64,000 nucleotides of DNA, from NCBI GenBank assembly GCA_964016885.1, contig OZ024741.1, positions 158,906,001 through 158,970,000 of the forward strand. Direction: 5' to 3'. Below the pieces are notes generated by a model. The model saw nothing but the letters and a program-made list of their open reading frames with translations, had not been told where the DNA came from and ran no database searches. This DNA comes from Eledone cirrhosa (Eukaryota). The position numbers and the translations under genes were made by a program. This document shows, piece after piece, positions 36,841 through 48,056 of the stretch (positions are counted from its first letter, which is position 1; each line of letters starts with the position of its first letter).

Positions 36841-37517
36841 AGATATATATATAGTCAAGGGTTGTGAAAAATCACTGAGGATGAGATGTTGATGTTCAAT
36901 ATTTCATTTATAATAATTATTAGTAATTCTAACATGTGTCTCGATGCAATATAATATCTTGGGCCCATAAAATCTGAATTGTTACACAATCGGTTACTTC
37001 ATACTGCCAGGGAATATCGTAATCACATCACTTCAGAGAAAATATAATTAGGAATATATGTGTGAGTAAGAGAATAGGTATCTATACAAATTGACAAATC
37101 AAGGTTTTAGGATTGATAGAATGGCAGTACATTTATACTTCACACACACGCAATGGTTTAGGAAGACCCTTTAGTTGTGTCAAGGACATGATAACCTTCC
37201 TAGTGTTGGTAATCTACACGATAAAAGCACCCAGTAAATGCTGTAAAGTGGTAGCCATTTGAAGGGCAACAAGCTTGCCAAATAAAGAGTTGGGAGGACC
37301 TTCCAGTTGTGTGGGAGATATAGCAACTTCTCTGGAGCTGATGCCACAATTAGATGCACTTGTTGGAATGCAGAACCATATGTAAGCGAGAAGAGGCATA
37401 CCTCCTACCTGTCTGGGAGGTCAGTCTCCCCGCTTCAGTACAGACTTAATCTGTGAAGATCCATCCAATTCTTGCTAGCAGGGAAAGTGGACAATAAATT
37501 ATGATTAAATTATGATA

Positions 37518-38978
37518 TACAAGCCATGTATAAAGAAACAGTCAGCAAGGTTAGAATTAACAACGAATATAGTGAAGAATTTAGTATAAAAGTAGGTGTT
37601 CATCAAGACTCTGTCCTTAGCCCTCTCCTATTTATTATTGCCCTTCAGGCTATAACAGAGGAGTTTAAGACCGGCTGCCCAATGATCTAACTCTCATAGC
37701 TGAATCTATGGCTGAACTAAAGAAAAAATTCCAAACATGGCAGCATGGCCTAGAATCAAAAGGCCTTAACTTGTTCTAGTATGTAGAAAGAAAAATAGGG
37801 CACAGGTGCCCTCTGGGAAATGGCCATGCTGAGTGTGTAGGAAAGGAATAGGTAAAAATTTCATTTTATGTCCCAAATGCAAACTATGGGTACATAAAAG
37901 ATGTAGTGGGATCACAGGTAAGCTATCTCAGAACGTAGATTTTATATATGGCCGATGCTCAGGTGCAATAAGTAGCAAGTGCCCACAGGATACTAGCTCC
38001 TTCTATTGCCCAGATGGTTCTATAGAAATAGTGGACACTTGCCATTACATGACTGACAAAATCAGCAGTGGTGGAGGGTGCTCTGAAAGTACAGTAGCCA
38101 GAGTCAGAACGGGATGGAAAAAGTTCAGAGAGCTTATACCGCTGTTGGCCACAAGAGGTTTCTCTGTAAAAATGAAAGGCAGATTGTATGATGCAGTGAG
38201 ACATGGGCATTGTGTGCAGAGGACCTGCGCAGACTGGAAAGGAACGAAGCATGCATGCTCTGCTGGATGTGTAATAGTAATATACGTGAACGGCAAAACA
38301 TAAATGAACTAAGTGAGAAATTAGGAATAAGAGGGATCAGATGCTGTTTACTTGAGAGAAGACTACGTTGGTATGGTCACGTGATGCGCATGAAAGATGA
38401 GAGTTGTATAAAAAGTGCAGGGCGATCAAAATTGATGGAAGTTATGGAGTAGGTAGACCCAGAAAAACCTGGGACGATTTGATAAATTCCGACCTTACAC
38501 ACTTGCACCTCTCTAAGACAATGTCACTGGACCGAGATCTTTGGCACTACGCAGTAATACAGAAGACCCGCCTTGCCTATGTACAAAGCAAAACCTACAG
38601 TCAGTAGGCACCTCTTAACCAAAAATACACCCCAACCCACTGCCCCTACTCCATCCTCCCAGTCCCACCAACACCACCCTTTCTCTGTAAAGTTATGTTG
38701 GTACTGCAACATCCAGTCCAAACTAATGAGGTCGTGTAGGTGTCATGACAAAAAAAACACACAGTCCACGCTGTAATGTGGCCGTGTAGGTAACATGGTA
38801 AAAAGCTCCCAGTCCACACTGTAAATGTGGTTGGTGTTAGGAAGGGCATCCAGCCGTAGAAAACCTGCCAGACAGTCCTATACGAGCGAGATGACCAATC
38901 TTGCTTCAAGTGGGACAATTCCCGTCTAACCCATGCTAGCGTGGAAGATAGACGTTAAATGATGATGATGATGATGAT
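37518..38978 (+). mobile_element. 5'-truncated RTE-type LINE (RT C-terminal part, PHD-like Cys/His insert, RRLRWYGHV, GRPRKTW), frameshifted
   Basis: VGVHQ.SVLSPLLF, CRKGIGKNFILCPKCKLWVHKRCSGI and RRLRWYGHVMRM translations; (GAT)n tail. Confidence 0.92.
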
Positions 38979-39480
38979 ATTCACACACACACAAATATAT
39001 ATGTCTGTGGTTAATGGTGTTCACCTCATGATCTTAAGATCTTGAGTTTGATTCCTGCTGGCATGTTGTGTCCTTGGGCAAGACATTTCATTTTATGCTG
39101 CTCCAGTCCATTCTGCTGGAAAGAATGAGTTGTACCTGAAATTCAAAATGCCAGCAATATCAGAATCTGTGTCCTGCTGAATCTCCCTGAGAATTATATA
39201 AATGGTGCACATATCCGAGGAATGCTCAGCCACTTGCATATTAATTTAATGAGCTAGCTGATCCATTGTTCAAACAACTGAAACATTCATCATAACCTAC
39301 AGAGTTCCATCCATAACAGACACATGTATATCTATATATATATCATTATCATCTTGTTACATCTACTTCCCATGCTGGTATGGGTCGGATGCTTTTCCTA
39401 ATACTAATCACATGATAGAATGTGCTGAGTGCATTTTTTGTGGCCACCAGTACTATCACTTTACAGAATGAACTGGTCTT

Positions 39481-40130
39481 TATGCTCCGATGGATGTGTA
39501 ATAGTAATATACGTGAACGGCAAAGCATAAACAAATTGAGAGAGAGACTGAGCATAAGAGGAATCAAATGCTGTGTGCAGGAGAGGAGGTTACGTTGGTT
39601 TGGACATGTGATGCGTATGAAGGATGACAGCTGCATAAAAAGGTGCAAAACACTAGAAGTCGATGGAAGCCGCAAAGTGGGGAGACCCAAAAAGATCTGG
39701 GATGAGGTAAAAAAAGCCGACCTTACCCAAATACACCTCTCAAAGGCGATGACACATGACCATGACCTCTGGTGTCACGCAGTAATACAGAAGACCCGAC
39801 CCCTTATGAGTACAAGCCGAAGCTGAAAGATATAGACAATATGCCCCTACCCCCTCCCACTGCAAAGTGGTCGTGGAGGTGTCACGGCAAAAAAATGACC
39901 CAGCCCACACTGTAAAGTGGACGTGTAGGCGCCATGGAAAAAAGCACCCAGCACTCACTGTAAATGTGGTTGGTGTTAGGAAGGGCATCCAGCTGTAGAA
40001 ATCAAACCAGAATCAGTTCCCGTATGAGCAAAAGATGATCAGCCGACTGGCTACTGCCCACAACAGGACAACCCGTCTAACCCATGCTAAAGAGGAAGAA
40101 CGGACGTAAAACGGTGATGATGATGATGAT
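39481..40130 (+). mobile_element. RTE-type LINE 3' fragment (subfamily B)
   Basis: MLRWMC..RRLRWFGHVMRM..GRPKKIW; (GAT)n tail. Confidence 0.9.
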
Positions 40131-40199
40131 TATGTTTATAACCAGTCTGCTCTGTCCTATATCATCTTCCTGAGGTTCAGTTTCTTGAGTTCAATCATC

Positions 40200-40650
40200 G
40201 CAACTTTCTTCCATATTTTCCTTTGTTTCCGTCTTTCGCAGATTCCATTGACTTTAAGTTCTCAGCACAGTTTTTTTATTCAAATCTTGCTCTCCTCTTG
40301 CAACATGTGACCACACCATGGTTCGGTTGGATCCCCGAGCAAAATTATACAAACTCATGGATGTTATCCCACCATCTTTCTCATGATCTAGCTCTGGGTC
40401 TCCTGCCAATTGGCTTTACCTGTAAAATCTGTCCTGTGATCTTTTTCCAATATGTCTGTAGTACTGGAACTGAGATCTCTCAATGCGGAGATGTAGTCAC
40501 TCTACCTGGAATAACTTCCTGACACCAAACTACACACCCTATTGAGTAACATACTCCAAAGATCCTTTGGAGGAACCCCATTTAAGGTGCTTGTGTTTGT
40601 GATCATATTCTTTTCACCATTACCCAAGATTCATAACCACAGGGAAGAGT
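40200..40650 (-). mobile_element. Decayed RTE-type LINE 3' fragments
   Basis: Reverse complement matches 48990-49110 (gattttacagg.aaa.caa.tggcaggagacc...atggt.ggataacatccatgagttt) and 26890-27130. Confidence 0.65.
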
Positions 40651-40708
40651 AAGCATAAGCACCAAATTAAAGAAGTTGAAATGTTAAAAAGTAGAAATGC
40701 CAACTTAC

Positions 40709-40824
40709 TTATGATGGAAGGCATATATTTCTCTGAGGTTACCAAACAGTGTATCTCGGTTATTTCTTAGTACTGGAGGGAGGAGGTGTTGTAGGGATTT
40801 GTTATCCATTTCATAGTAATAACC
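40709..40824 (-). CDS. MCF2L: RhoGEF exon, DH domain: GYYYEMDNKSLQHLLPPVLRNNRDTLFGNLREIYAFHH
   Basis: ttttcttccag| and |gtaagt; 116 nt, phase 0 to 2; LFGN..EIY.FH motif. Confidence 0.97.
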
Positions 40825-42447
40825 CTGGAAGAAAAAGAAAATAAATATAAAAAGATCCAAAAAGGAATGAAACGAATTAGAAAAGATGAAACTAAAAGTA
40901 AAAGAAAAAAATTGGAAAATCAAAACGATTCTAGCATTTTATATGCAGAAAGTATGGGAGAAAACTCTCATACTTATTGGGGGATCATCAGTGGAGGGAT
41001 AACTACTGTCGTAACTACCAAATTATTGGTGATCTCGGAGCTGTTGAATTTCAAGTTGTCTCTGATCAAACAGAGTAATGCAGTAATACTACATTCAAGA
41101 CGTTAGACATCCTGTCTTTTTTCTCAGGAAAATACCCCCTATATTGTCTAATATTGTACCACATACTATATTGTCTAATATACACACTACTAAAAAATTC
41201 AAGACAATTTTGAAATTAGGCATGCTATTCAGGAAGCCAAACAGGCTGCATGCAGCTTGCAGACCTCAGTTTTCCCATAACTGCTGTAGAGGATCCTTCG
41301 CTAGCTTAAAGGTTTGATAATGAATCACTAAATAAATATATACAGAAATTTATCTAAAATCTTGGCACATTACAGAGGTGATTTGTCATTGCTTTCCCCT
41401 GATTTTCCATCTACCCACCAGGAGTATTTGACTTTGGTCCAGTCAATGGGCTTCTACAAAGTTTCCATCTACTTTGTTTTGTTCAAGAAATGTTGGCCAA
41501 CCGGAGGTAAATATAGGGGTCTGTTCAGTGGAATTGAACCCAACAAATTTCTCAACCATACACTGAGGTGGTCTTAAAACTAACCCAGATATCCTTTATC
41601 TATCAGGTTGGCCAACCCCTGCTTCATTAACTATTAACATTCTGTAATGATTTAGCAGAAAATATCTAAAGACAGAATCGATAATTCAAATGTTTATAGT
41701 GTCTTTACTAGAGAAAAGATTGTTGTGAAAATTTGCAGTGAAATAAAAACAAAAGAGTCTAATTTTCAATGTTATGCAGTCATGGTGATGTTTTGTACTT
41801 TTCAAGAAAGTTTGACTGATGTGGTTTTATGTGGTACAGAATGTTAAGAATTAATACGCTTTTCAGCTGTTTTCTTTTTTATTATCTCAGCTTCACAACC
41901 TACTTAGCATTGCTCAAATATCCATATGGCCAGTCTCTCTATGACCACATGGCCAAATCTGCATCAATATATCTAGCACATTTTTTCTTAAAATGTGACG
42001 AAACATTGGGGTAATGATGATAAAACATTGATGCCATATACAAAATGTGAGAGTGATATTAAAATAGAGTTTGGAATGGAATGATCCTAAATTGGTTTCA
42101 ATGATGAGTGGTCCAGTTGTTTGATTAATGGAATAGCCTGCTCATTAAATAAAAGTGTAAGTGGCTGAGTATTCCATAGGCATGCATACCTTTAATGTAA
42201 TTCCCAAACTGAAGCAGTGTGACAGAGTATGTGACAAGATTTGTCCTTTGAATTAGAGGTACAATCCATCCAACATGATTCCAAACAGTTTTCATCTACC
42301 CAATATCACTCACAAGGCATAGGTCGACCTAAGGATATGGTAAATGATGCTAAAAATGCCATGCAGTGAGACTGAACTCTGCACCTACTGATTGCAAAGT
42401 GAACTTCTTAACTATTCAGGCATGCTGCAAAGATAGAGTTTACTTAC

Positions 42448-42514
42448 CCACAATATATCATATAACTCAGTAACATAGGTTTTCTCTGTTTCAACCAATT
42501 CCCTGTAGACATGC
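42448..42514 (-). CDS. MCF2L: RhoGEF exon, DH conserved region 1: HVYRELVETEKTYVTELYDILW
   Basis: tgcttcag| and |gtaagt; 67 nt, phase 2 to 0; EL..TE..YV..L motif. Confidence 0.97.
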
Positions 42515-42612
42515 CTGAAGCATAGAATATATATTGAATACAGTATAGTTATGTAGACATATCTGATATATATATATGTTGAATTATACATACATACACA
42601 CACACACACACA

Positions 42613-42646
<34 letters not shown>

Positions 42647-42654
42647 CATATATA

Positions 42655-42754
42655 CAGGATATTCCAAAAATGTATACACACTTCAACAGCATTCTAATAA
42701 ATATTACCTGTAAATGTAATCAAAGTGTGTATAGATTTTTGGGGGGACACCCTG
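42655..42754. mobile_element. 100-bp Tc1/mariner-type MITE, TA target
   Basis: ta-CAGGATATTCCAAAAATGTATACACACTT...AAGTGTGTATAGATTTTTGGGGGGACACCCTG-ta imperfect terminal inverted repeats. Confidence 0.8.
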
Positions 42755-42778
42755 TATATATGTTATATGTATGATATA

Positions 42779-42994
42779 CAAGTGGGTGCTGAAAGGTTCT
42801 AGGCTGATCACTGCTACAGAGGCCTGGTTGGAGACCCAACCTTCTGAGTTCATTTTATAGGGCTTTTTAAAACTGAAAGACCTTTGCAATAAGTGTGTAA
42901 ATCAGAGAGGGGAATATGTTGAATAAAATCATGATTAACTGATCCTCCTGTATTTTCATTTACCCAAAGCCAGGAACTTTTCAGCACACCCTTG
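42779..42994. mobile_element. mariner-type MITE, TA target
   Basis: ta-CAAGTGGGTGCTGAAAAGGTTCTAGGCT...AGCCAGGAACTTTTCAGCACACCCTTG-ta imperfect terminal inverted repeats. Confidence 0.8.
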
Positions 42995-43006
42995 TATATG
43001 TTTATG

Positions 43007-43062
<56 letters not shown>

Positions 43063-43249
43063 ATACTTGGGGAGGGTCATATTTGTATAATATTGCCAGA
43101 ATTAATAACAGAACACACTCACTGTTTGGTTGGTTTTCGCTTCTGTGTCTTTTATATCGGTAATCTAATTTATTCAGTCCTCAATGTTGCCATTGACTGA
43201 CCAACGGTCAAAAATAATACAGATTCAATATAGACACACACACATATAT

Positions 43250-43303
43250 ATAGTTTATCAAAGTTCTTTCGTTGCACATCTGCAACATCGTCAGTGGTGC
43301 TAT
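43250..43303 (-). ncRNA. Degenerate minimal type I hammerhead ribozyme motif (sense to the GEF pre-mRNA)
   Basis: atagcacca-CTGACGA-T-gttgca(gatg)tgcaac-GAAA-gaac-TT-tgataaactat. Perfect 6-bp stem II; stem I has one mismatch and an internal loop. Confidence 0.55.
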
Positions 43304-43780
43304 TGTTTCCTCCCGTTACATTGTATGTCTACGCCATCTTTATTTAGTCTGTTTATTTTATTTTGCCTTCTTTGCGCATGCGTTTGCGTGTGTGTATAGT
43401 GTTTTGTTTGATGTGTGTTCGTGATTGAGTGAAATAGAACTTAGAAGGCCAAGACTAAACAGAAAGAATGAATGGAATAACAACAACACCCAAACAAAGA
43501 GAAGTATAAATAAATAAATAAATAGATAAATAAATAAATAAATACATACACAAGCACAATAACAACAAACACATATAAACACACACTAGTAAAGATAGAA
43601 TACATTAACCGATACACAGTCACCCAATCACGAACACACATCAAACAAAACACTATACACACACGCAAACGCATGCGCAAAGAAGACAAAATAAAATAAA
43701 CAAACAAATAAATAAATAAATAAATATATAAACAGACTAAATAAAGATGGCGTAGACATACAATGTAATGGGAGGAAACA

Positions 43781-43834
43781 ATAGCACCACTGACGATGTT
43801 GCAGATGTGCAATGAAAGAACTTTGATAAACTAT
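43781..43834 (+). ncRNA. Mirror copy of the degenerate hammerhead motif
   Basis: CTGACGA at 43790-43796, GAAA at 43814-43817; the closing C of stem II is changed to T (G:U pair). Confidence 0.5.
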
Positions 43835-44299
43835 ATATATGTGTTTGTGTTTATATTGTATCTGTATTATTTTTGACCGTTGGTCAGTCAATGGCAACAT
43901 TGAGGACCGAATAAATTAGATTACCGATATAAAAGACACAGAAGCGAAAAGCGAAAACCAACCAAACAGTGAGTGTGTTCTGTTATTAATTCTGGCAATA
44001 TTACACAAATATGACCTCCCCAAGTATAACAATATTTGTTTCGACACACGATTTCATATAAAAAACCTCGCAAAACTATATATAAATATATATATATAAA
44101 GAAAAGCTTCTACAGGACTAGAACTGTTTCATTCATGAGAAATCATATATATATAAATATATATATATATGCAAAAGTTCTATTTAAATTGTTGGGATAC
44201 AACAACAAATATTTTTATAACTGATATAAAGCACTCAACAAATAATTGGAGTAAAAATACGATATTGACAAATGGAAACTATATTTATAAAACCATATT

Positions 44300-44364
44300 T
44301 ATTTCATTATACATATTTCAAGGACACCAAGTTAAATTATGGTGTGCTTTCATCAGATAAAATA
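44300..44364 (-). ncRNA. Minimal type I hammerhead ribozyme (sense to the GEF pre-mRNA)
   Basis: Exact reverse complement of 45074-45138. Confidence 0.75.
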
Positions 44365-45073
44365 TAATATAGAGCAGTTTTATAAATAAATATTGACATA
44401 CCCTTAAAGAATGCAACCATTACTGTTGGAAGCTCCCGGATAGTGGAGTTATATTTATACTTATAGTATTAGGTAAGTTAGTATTGGATATTTTAAAATA
44501 AGCCGTTGGGTTACGGAGAAAGAGAAAGAGAGAGAGCAGAATAAAAGAGAGAAAAAAGAGAGAGAAAAGAGAGAGAGAGAGAGAGAGCATAACAACAGAG
44601 AGAGAATAGAAATAGAAAAAATAGAAATAGAAAACGTATTGATCTCAATATTATAACTGATTAACTAAACATCTAATCATATTTAAACAATGGTTAAATT
44701 TCTCATATTATATATGTATATTCCATTCATGATTATTAACATTTCTAATTTTATTTATTCATTTCATCTCAAATGTTAAGATAAATCAACAAGATATGAC
44801 TTGGAGTTTTTACTCTCTCTCTCTCTCTTTTTCCTATTTCTATTTATTTTCTCTCTCTGTTGTTATGCTCTCTCTCTCTCACTTTTCTCTCTGTTATTCT
44901 GCTCTCTCTCTTTCTCTTTCTCCGTAACCCAATGGCTTATTTTAAAATATCCAATACTAACTTACCTAATACTATAAGTATAAATATAACTTCACTATCT
45001 GGGAGCTTCCAACAGTAATGGTTGCATTCTTTAAGGGTATGTCAATATTTATTTATAAAACTGCTCTATATTA

Positions 45074-45138
45074 TATTTTATCTGATGAAAGCACACCATA
45101 ATTTAACTTGGTGTCCTTGAAATATGTATAATGAAATA
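45074..45138 (+). ncRNA. Minimal type I hammerhead ribozyme
   Basis: Stem I TATTTTAT (45074-81) / ATGAAATA (45131-38), 8 bp with one G:U. Core CTGATGA 45082-88. Stem II AAGCACACCA / TGGTGTCCTT, 9 of 10 paired. GAAA 45119-22, then TATGTA-TA, with predicted cleavage after A45130 (AUA triplet). Confidence 0.75.
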
Positions 45139-45178
45139 AATATGGTTTTATAAATATAGTTTCCATTTGTCAATATCG

Positions 45179-45211
<33 letters not shown>

Positions 45212-45244
45212 AGAGAGAGAGAATGAGGGGGGGGGGGGAATATG

Positions 45245-45285
<41 letters not shown>

Positions 45286-45599
45286 GTGTGTGTATGTGTA
45301 TCCAGTTCAGAATAGGTACACTCGATCCTTGCATATTATAACAAGCAACTAACTGGGTTGGTGCTAGGAAGGGCGGAAGGGCATCCAACTGTAACATATT
45401 GCCTCTCATAAGGCTTGCAATCCTAACCTCTGCTTTAGCAAGGGAAATGGTTTTAAAATGCTTGATAGTTCTCTTTATATATACAAAGAGTTGGTATATT
45501 GATTGCTGATACTATCTGTCTGTCACAATTGCTGGCAGGAGGAGGAATGAGAAATGAAGGATTTTACTCTAGAACTCAATGTACCAGAAAGTCCAGAAA

Positions 45600-46735
45600 T
45601 CAAATTCATGATCTCAGTCAAAGACAGGTAGTCACTGTTTAGGACAGCATTCTTCCTTCACCCTATGAGATATCATCTGGTGTACTGCAGAGATCTGTTC
45701 TTGGCCCCCTTTTGTTTGTTGCATATATTAATGACATAGATGCCAACTTAAAGAATGCCACAGTACTGAAATATGCAGATGACATCAAGCTGTACCTTGA
45801 GATAAAAAAGACAGATCCTGAACACTATAGATCTTTCCTGCAATCTGACCCGGACACAATGCAACAATGGATCATGGACTGGCAACTCAAGCTGGCTGTG
45901 GACAAGTGTACCTCCATGTATTTTGGGAGGAAAAACCCAGCGTCCACTTACTCCCTCCACAACACTGATATCAAGGAGTCTTCTTGTGAATGTGACCTGG
46001 ACATTACTGTCAGCAGCAATTTACGTTCGACGAAGCACATCTCTAAAATTGTCAAGAAGGCCGAGGGTGTCTTAGCATTACTCAGCAAGACCTTTGTCAG
46101 CCGCTCTCCAGCTATCTATTTAAAGCTGTATGTAGCTATGGTGTGGCCACACTTAGAATTTGCATTCCCAGACTGGAACCCCTATCCTGCTCAGACCTCC
46201 TGGAAACTGTTCAGAAACGTGCAACCAAGCGAATACCCTCCATCAGACATCTACCATACTCTGAACGCCCTGCTTCCCTGGACATGGATACATTGAAGCT
46301 CCGACGTCTGGCAACTGACTTGGTAAACACCCACAAAATTGTTAACCATCTTACCAACAACAACCCTGAGTACCTTTTTGATTTCCATGTGTCTAACACA
46401 TGTGGACATGCCTACAAAGTCAGAAAACGGCACAGTTCCCATGACTTTCGGAAACATTTTTTCATGCTCAGAATTGCTGAAGCATGGAACAAACTACCTG
46501 CATCAGTTGTTAGCTGTCGAGACACTGCATCCTTTAAAACCTCCATGCTTCCTGAGATTCGCCAACACTGCACCTAATATTCCCCCTCCATACACATGCA
46601 CACATTTATATCATGACTCATACACTATTCACTTCCCTGACATTTGTATATTATTCTATGTACTATACATGCACCTTTGATGAGTTGTAGTGCACCTGAG
46701 CACTGTACACAATAATTTCATTATTATTATTATTA
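45600..46735 (+). mobile_element. 5'-truncated CR1/L2-type LINE (RT domain to 3' UTR, (TTA)n tail), frameshifted
   Basis: SGVLQRSVLGPLLFVAYIND, YADDIKL, W...WQLKLAVDKC, PHLEFA..WNP, LETVQKRATK, FF..RIAEAWNKLPASVV. Confidence 0.92.
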
Positions 46736-47083
46736 ATCAGCAGTGCAATACTCATTACAATTAGGTTACACACAAAAACATATTACTTCTGTCATTTTAT
46801 TGGGTGCAGAAGTTCATAATTTTCTGACAAAAATAACTAATTTTAGAGAATATCCTGGGTATATTGCGATACCAGCACCACTACTTTACAGACTTGAAGA
46901 GGTATATTCTATGAACTAAATTTTCAACAGTTTTTTTTTTGGTGAAGGTGCAGGTGCACCTCCACACACACACACACACACGTATATATATGTATATATA
47001 TATATATATATAGTGTGTGGGTAATACAGTGAATTACTGGTGTTGGTACCAAATCAAGCACTCTATGCACAGGCAGAGTAGTG

Positions 47084-47242
47084 TATAAAATAGAAAAAAA
47101 TTAGGAAGTTTCGTTTACATATAAAGAAGGAAATATACTGGAGTCGGGTCCATAACTCCTATGGGTTACCTTGAGTCAATCCTCTGCGAAATGCGCGTAA
47201 CAGGTCGACACACAATGTAAATGAAACTTCCTCGCTTTTTTC

Positions 47243-47250
<8 letters not shown>
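47084..47250. mobile_element. Small fold-back element with ~36-bp inverted arms, right end abutting (TA)n
   Basis: aatagaaaaaaattaggaagtttcgtttacat / atgtaaatgaaacttcctcgcttttttctatt. Internal GAAA-TGCGCG-TA (47188-47199) resembles a hammerhead 3' half. Confidence 0.6.
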
Positions 47251-47283
<33 letters not shown>

Positions 47284-47669
47284 GCAGGTGGGTACAAATA
47301 AAAACAATAGCAATCGACATATAACATGAAAGTTGAGAGTATTTATATTAGTAGTTTGACTTAACTCTGCTTTATCAGCAGTTTCAAGATGAAAACATAT
47401 TTATAACATCAGATACATATGTGAAATGTAAAGTGCATGCACACATATATTCACATGCTTGCTTATTAAATTTCATGCATTTGAGAATCCACAAAGTTCA
47501 AGGCCAATGGATTCTCTTTCTAATTAAGCCAGAATAAAAGAAGATTTCACAATTGAGCAGACACAGAGAAACAGAGACAAGACAGAACATGAAGAGAAAC
47601 ACTGAGGTGAAGTGAGAAATGAAGTTATGAAAAAATTAGTGATTGAGGTGATGGCAGATATAGCTTGAA

Positions 47670-47715
<46 letters not shown>

Positions 47716-47844
47716 CGAAGGAAATGTGGCAAGGAACCAGATGGACCATAATGCACCAGAAATAGCCGTCAGAACGGCTTGAGCTCTGCCGTCGGGGTCA
47801 TACCTTTTCCTATATATATGTGTATATATATATATATATATGTG

Positions 47845-47878
<34 letters not shown>

Positions 47879-47978
47879 TACACACATACACACATATATT
47901 AATAAGAATGTTAACGAAAAGTGGATGGGAAAATAACCACGTGTTAGTAGAAAATAAGCATATTTATTAAATATAGAT

Positions 47979-48056
47979 ATGACTTCTACATAACTAGAAC
48001 TGTTTCATTTGTATGATTTCATACGAATGAAACAGTTCTATTTCTGTAGAAGTCAT
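47979..48056. repeat. Near-perfect hairpin of a motif also present singly at 20023-20070 (+) and 44107-44145 (-)
   Basis: atgacttctacataactagaactgtttcatttgtatga-tt-tcatacgaatgaaacagttctatttctgtagaagtcat. Confidence 0.85.

Larger units (their letters stand above)
43055..44035. mobile_element. Large fold-back element 1: inverted arms 43055-43432 / 43620-44035, ~190-bp spacer, left end abutting (TA)n
   Basis: Arms are near-perfect reverse complements; the ORF track shows the same peptide MLPLTDQRSKIIQIQY on both strands. Each arm has a hammerhead-like motif. Confidence 0.9.
44258..45180. mobile_element. Large fold-back element 2: inverted arms about 44258-44620 / 44835-45180, right end abutting (TA)n
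   Basis: The outer ~265 bp are reverse complements with 3 transitions seen; the inner parts are (GA)n/(TC)n-rich. Sequence is unrelated to element 1. Confidence 0.92.

Noticed and set aside
43055-45180. Large palindromes as DNA-transposon (Foldback/MULE) TIRs
   Set aside because: No target-site duplication could be seen, the ends are asymmetric (one on (TA)n, one with an extension), and hammerhead motifs favour a retroelement origin. Not fully excluded.
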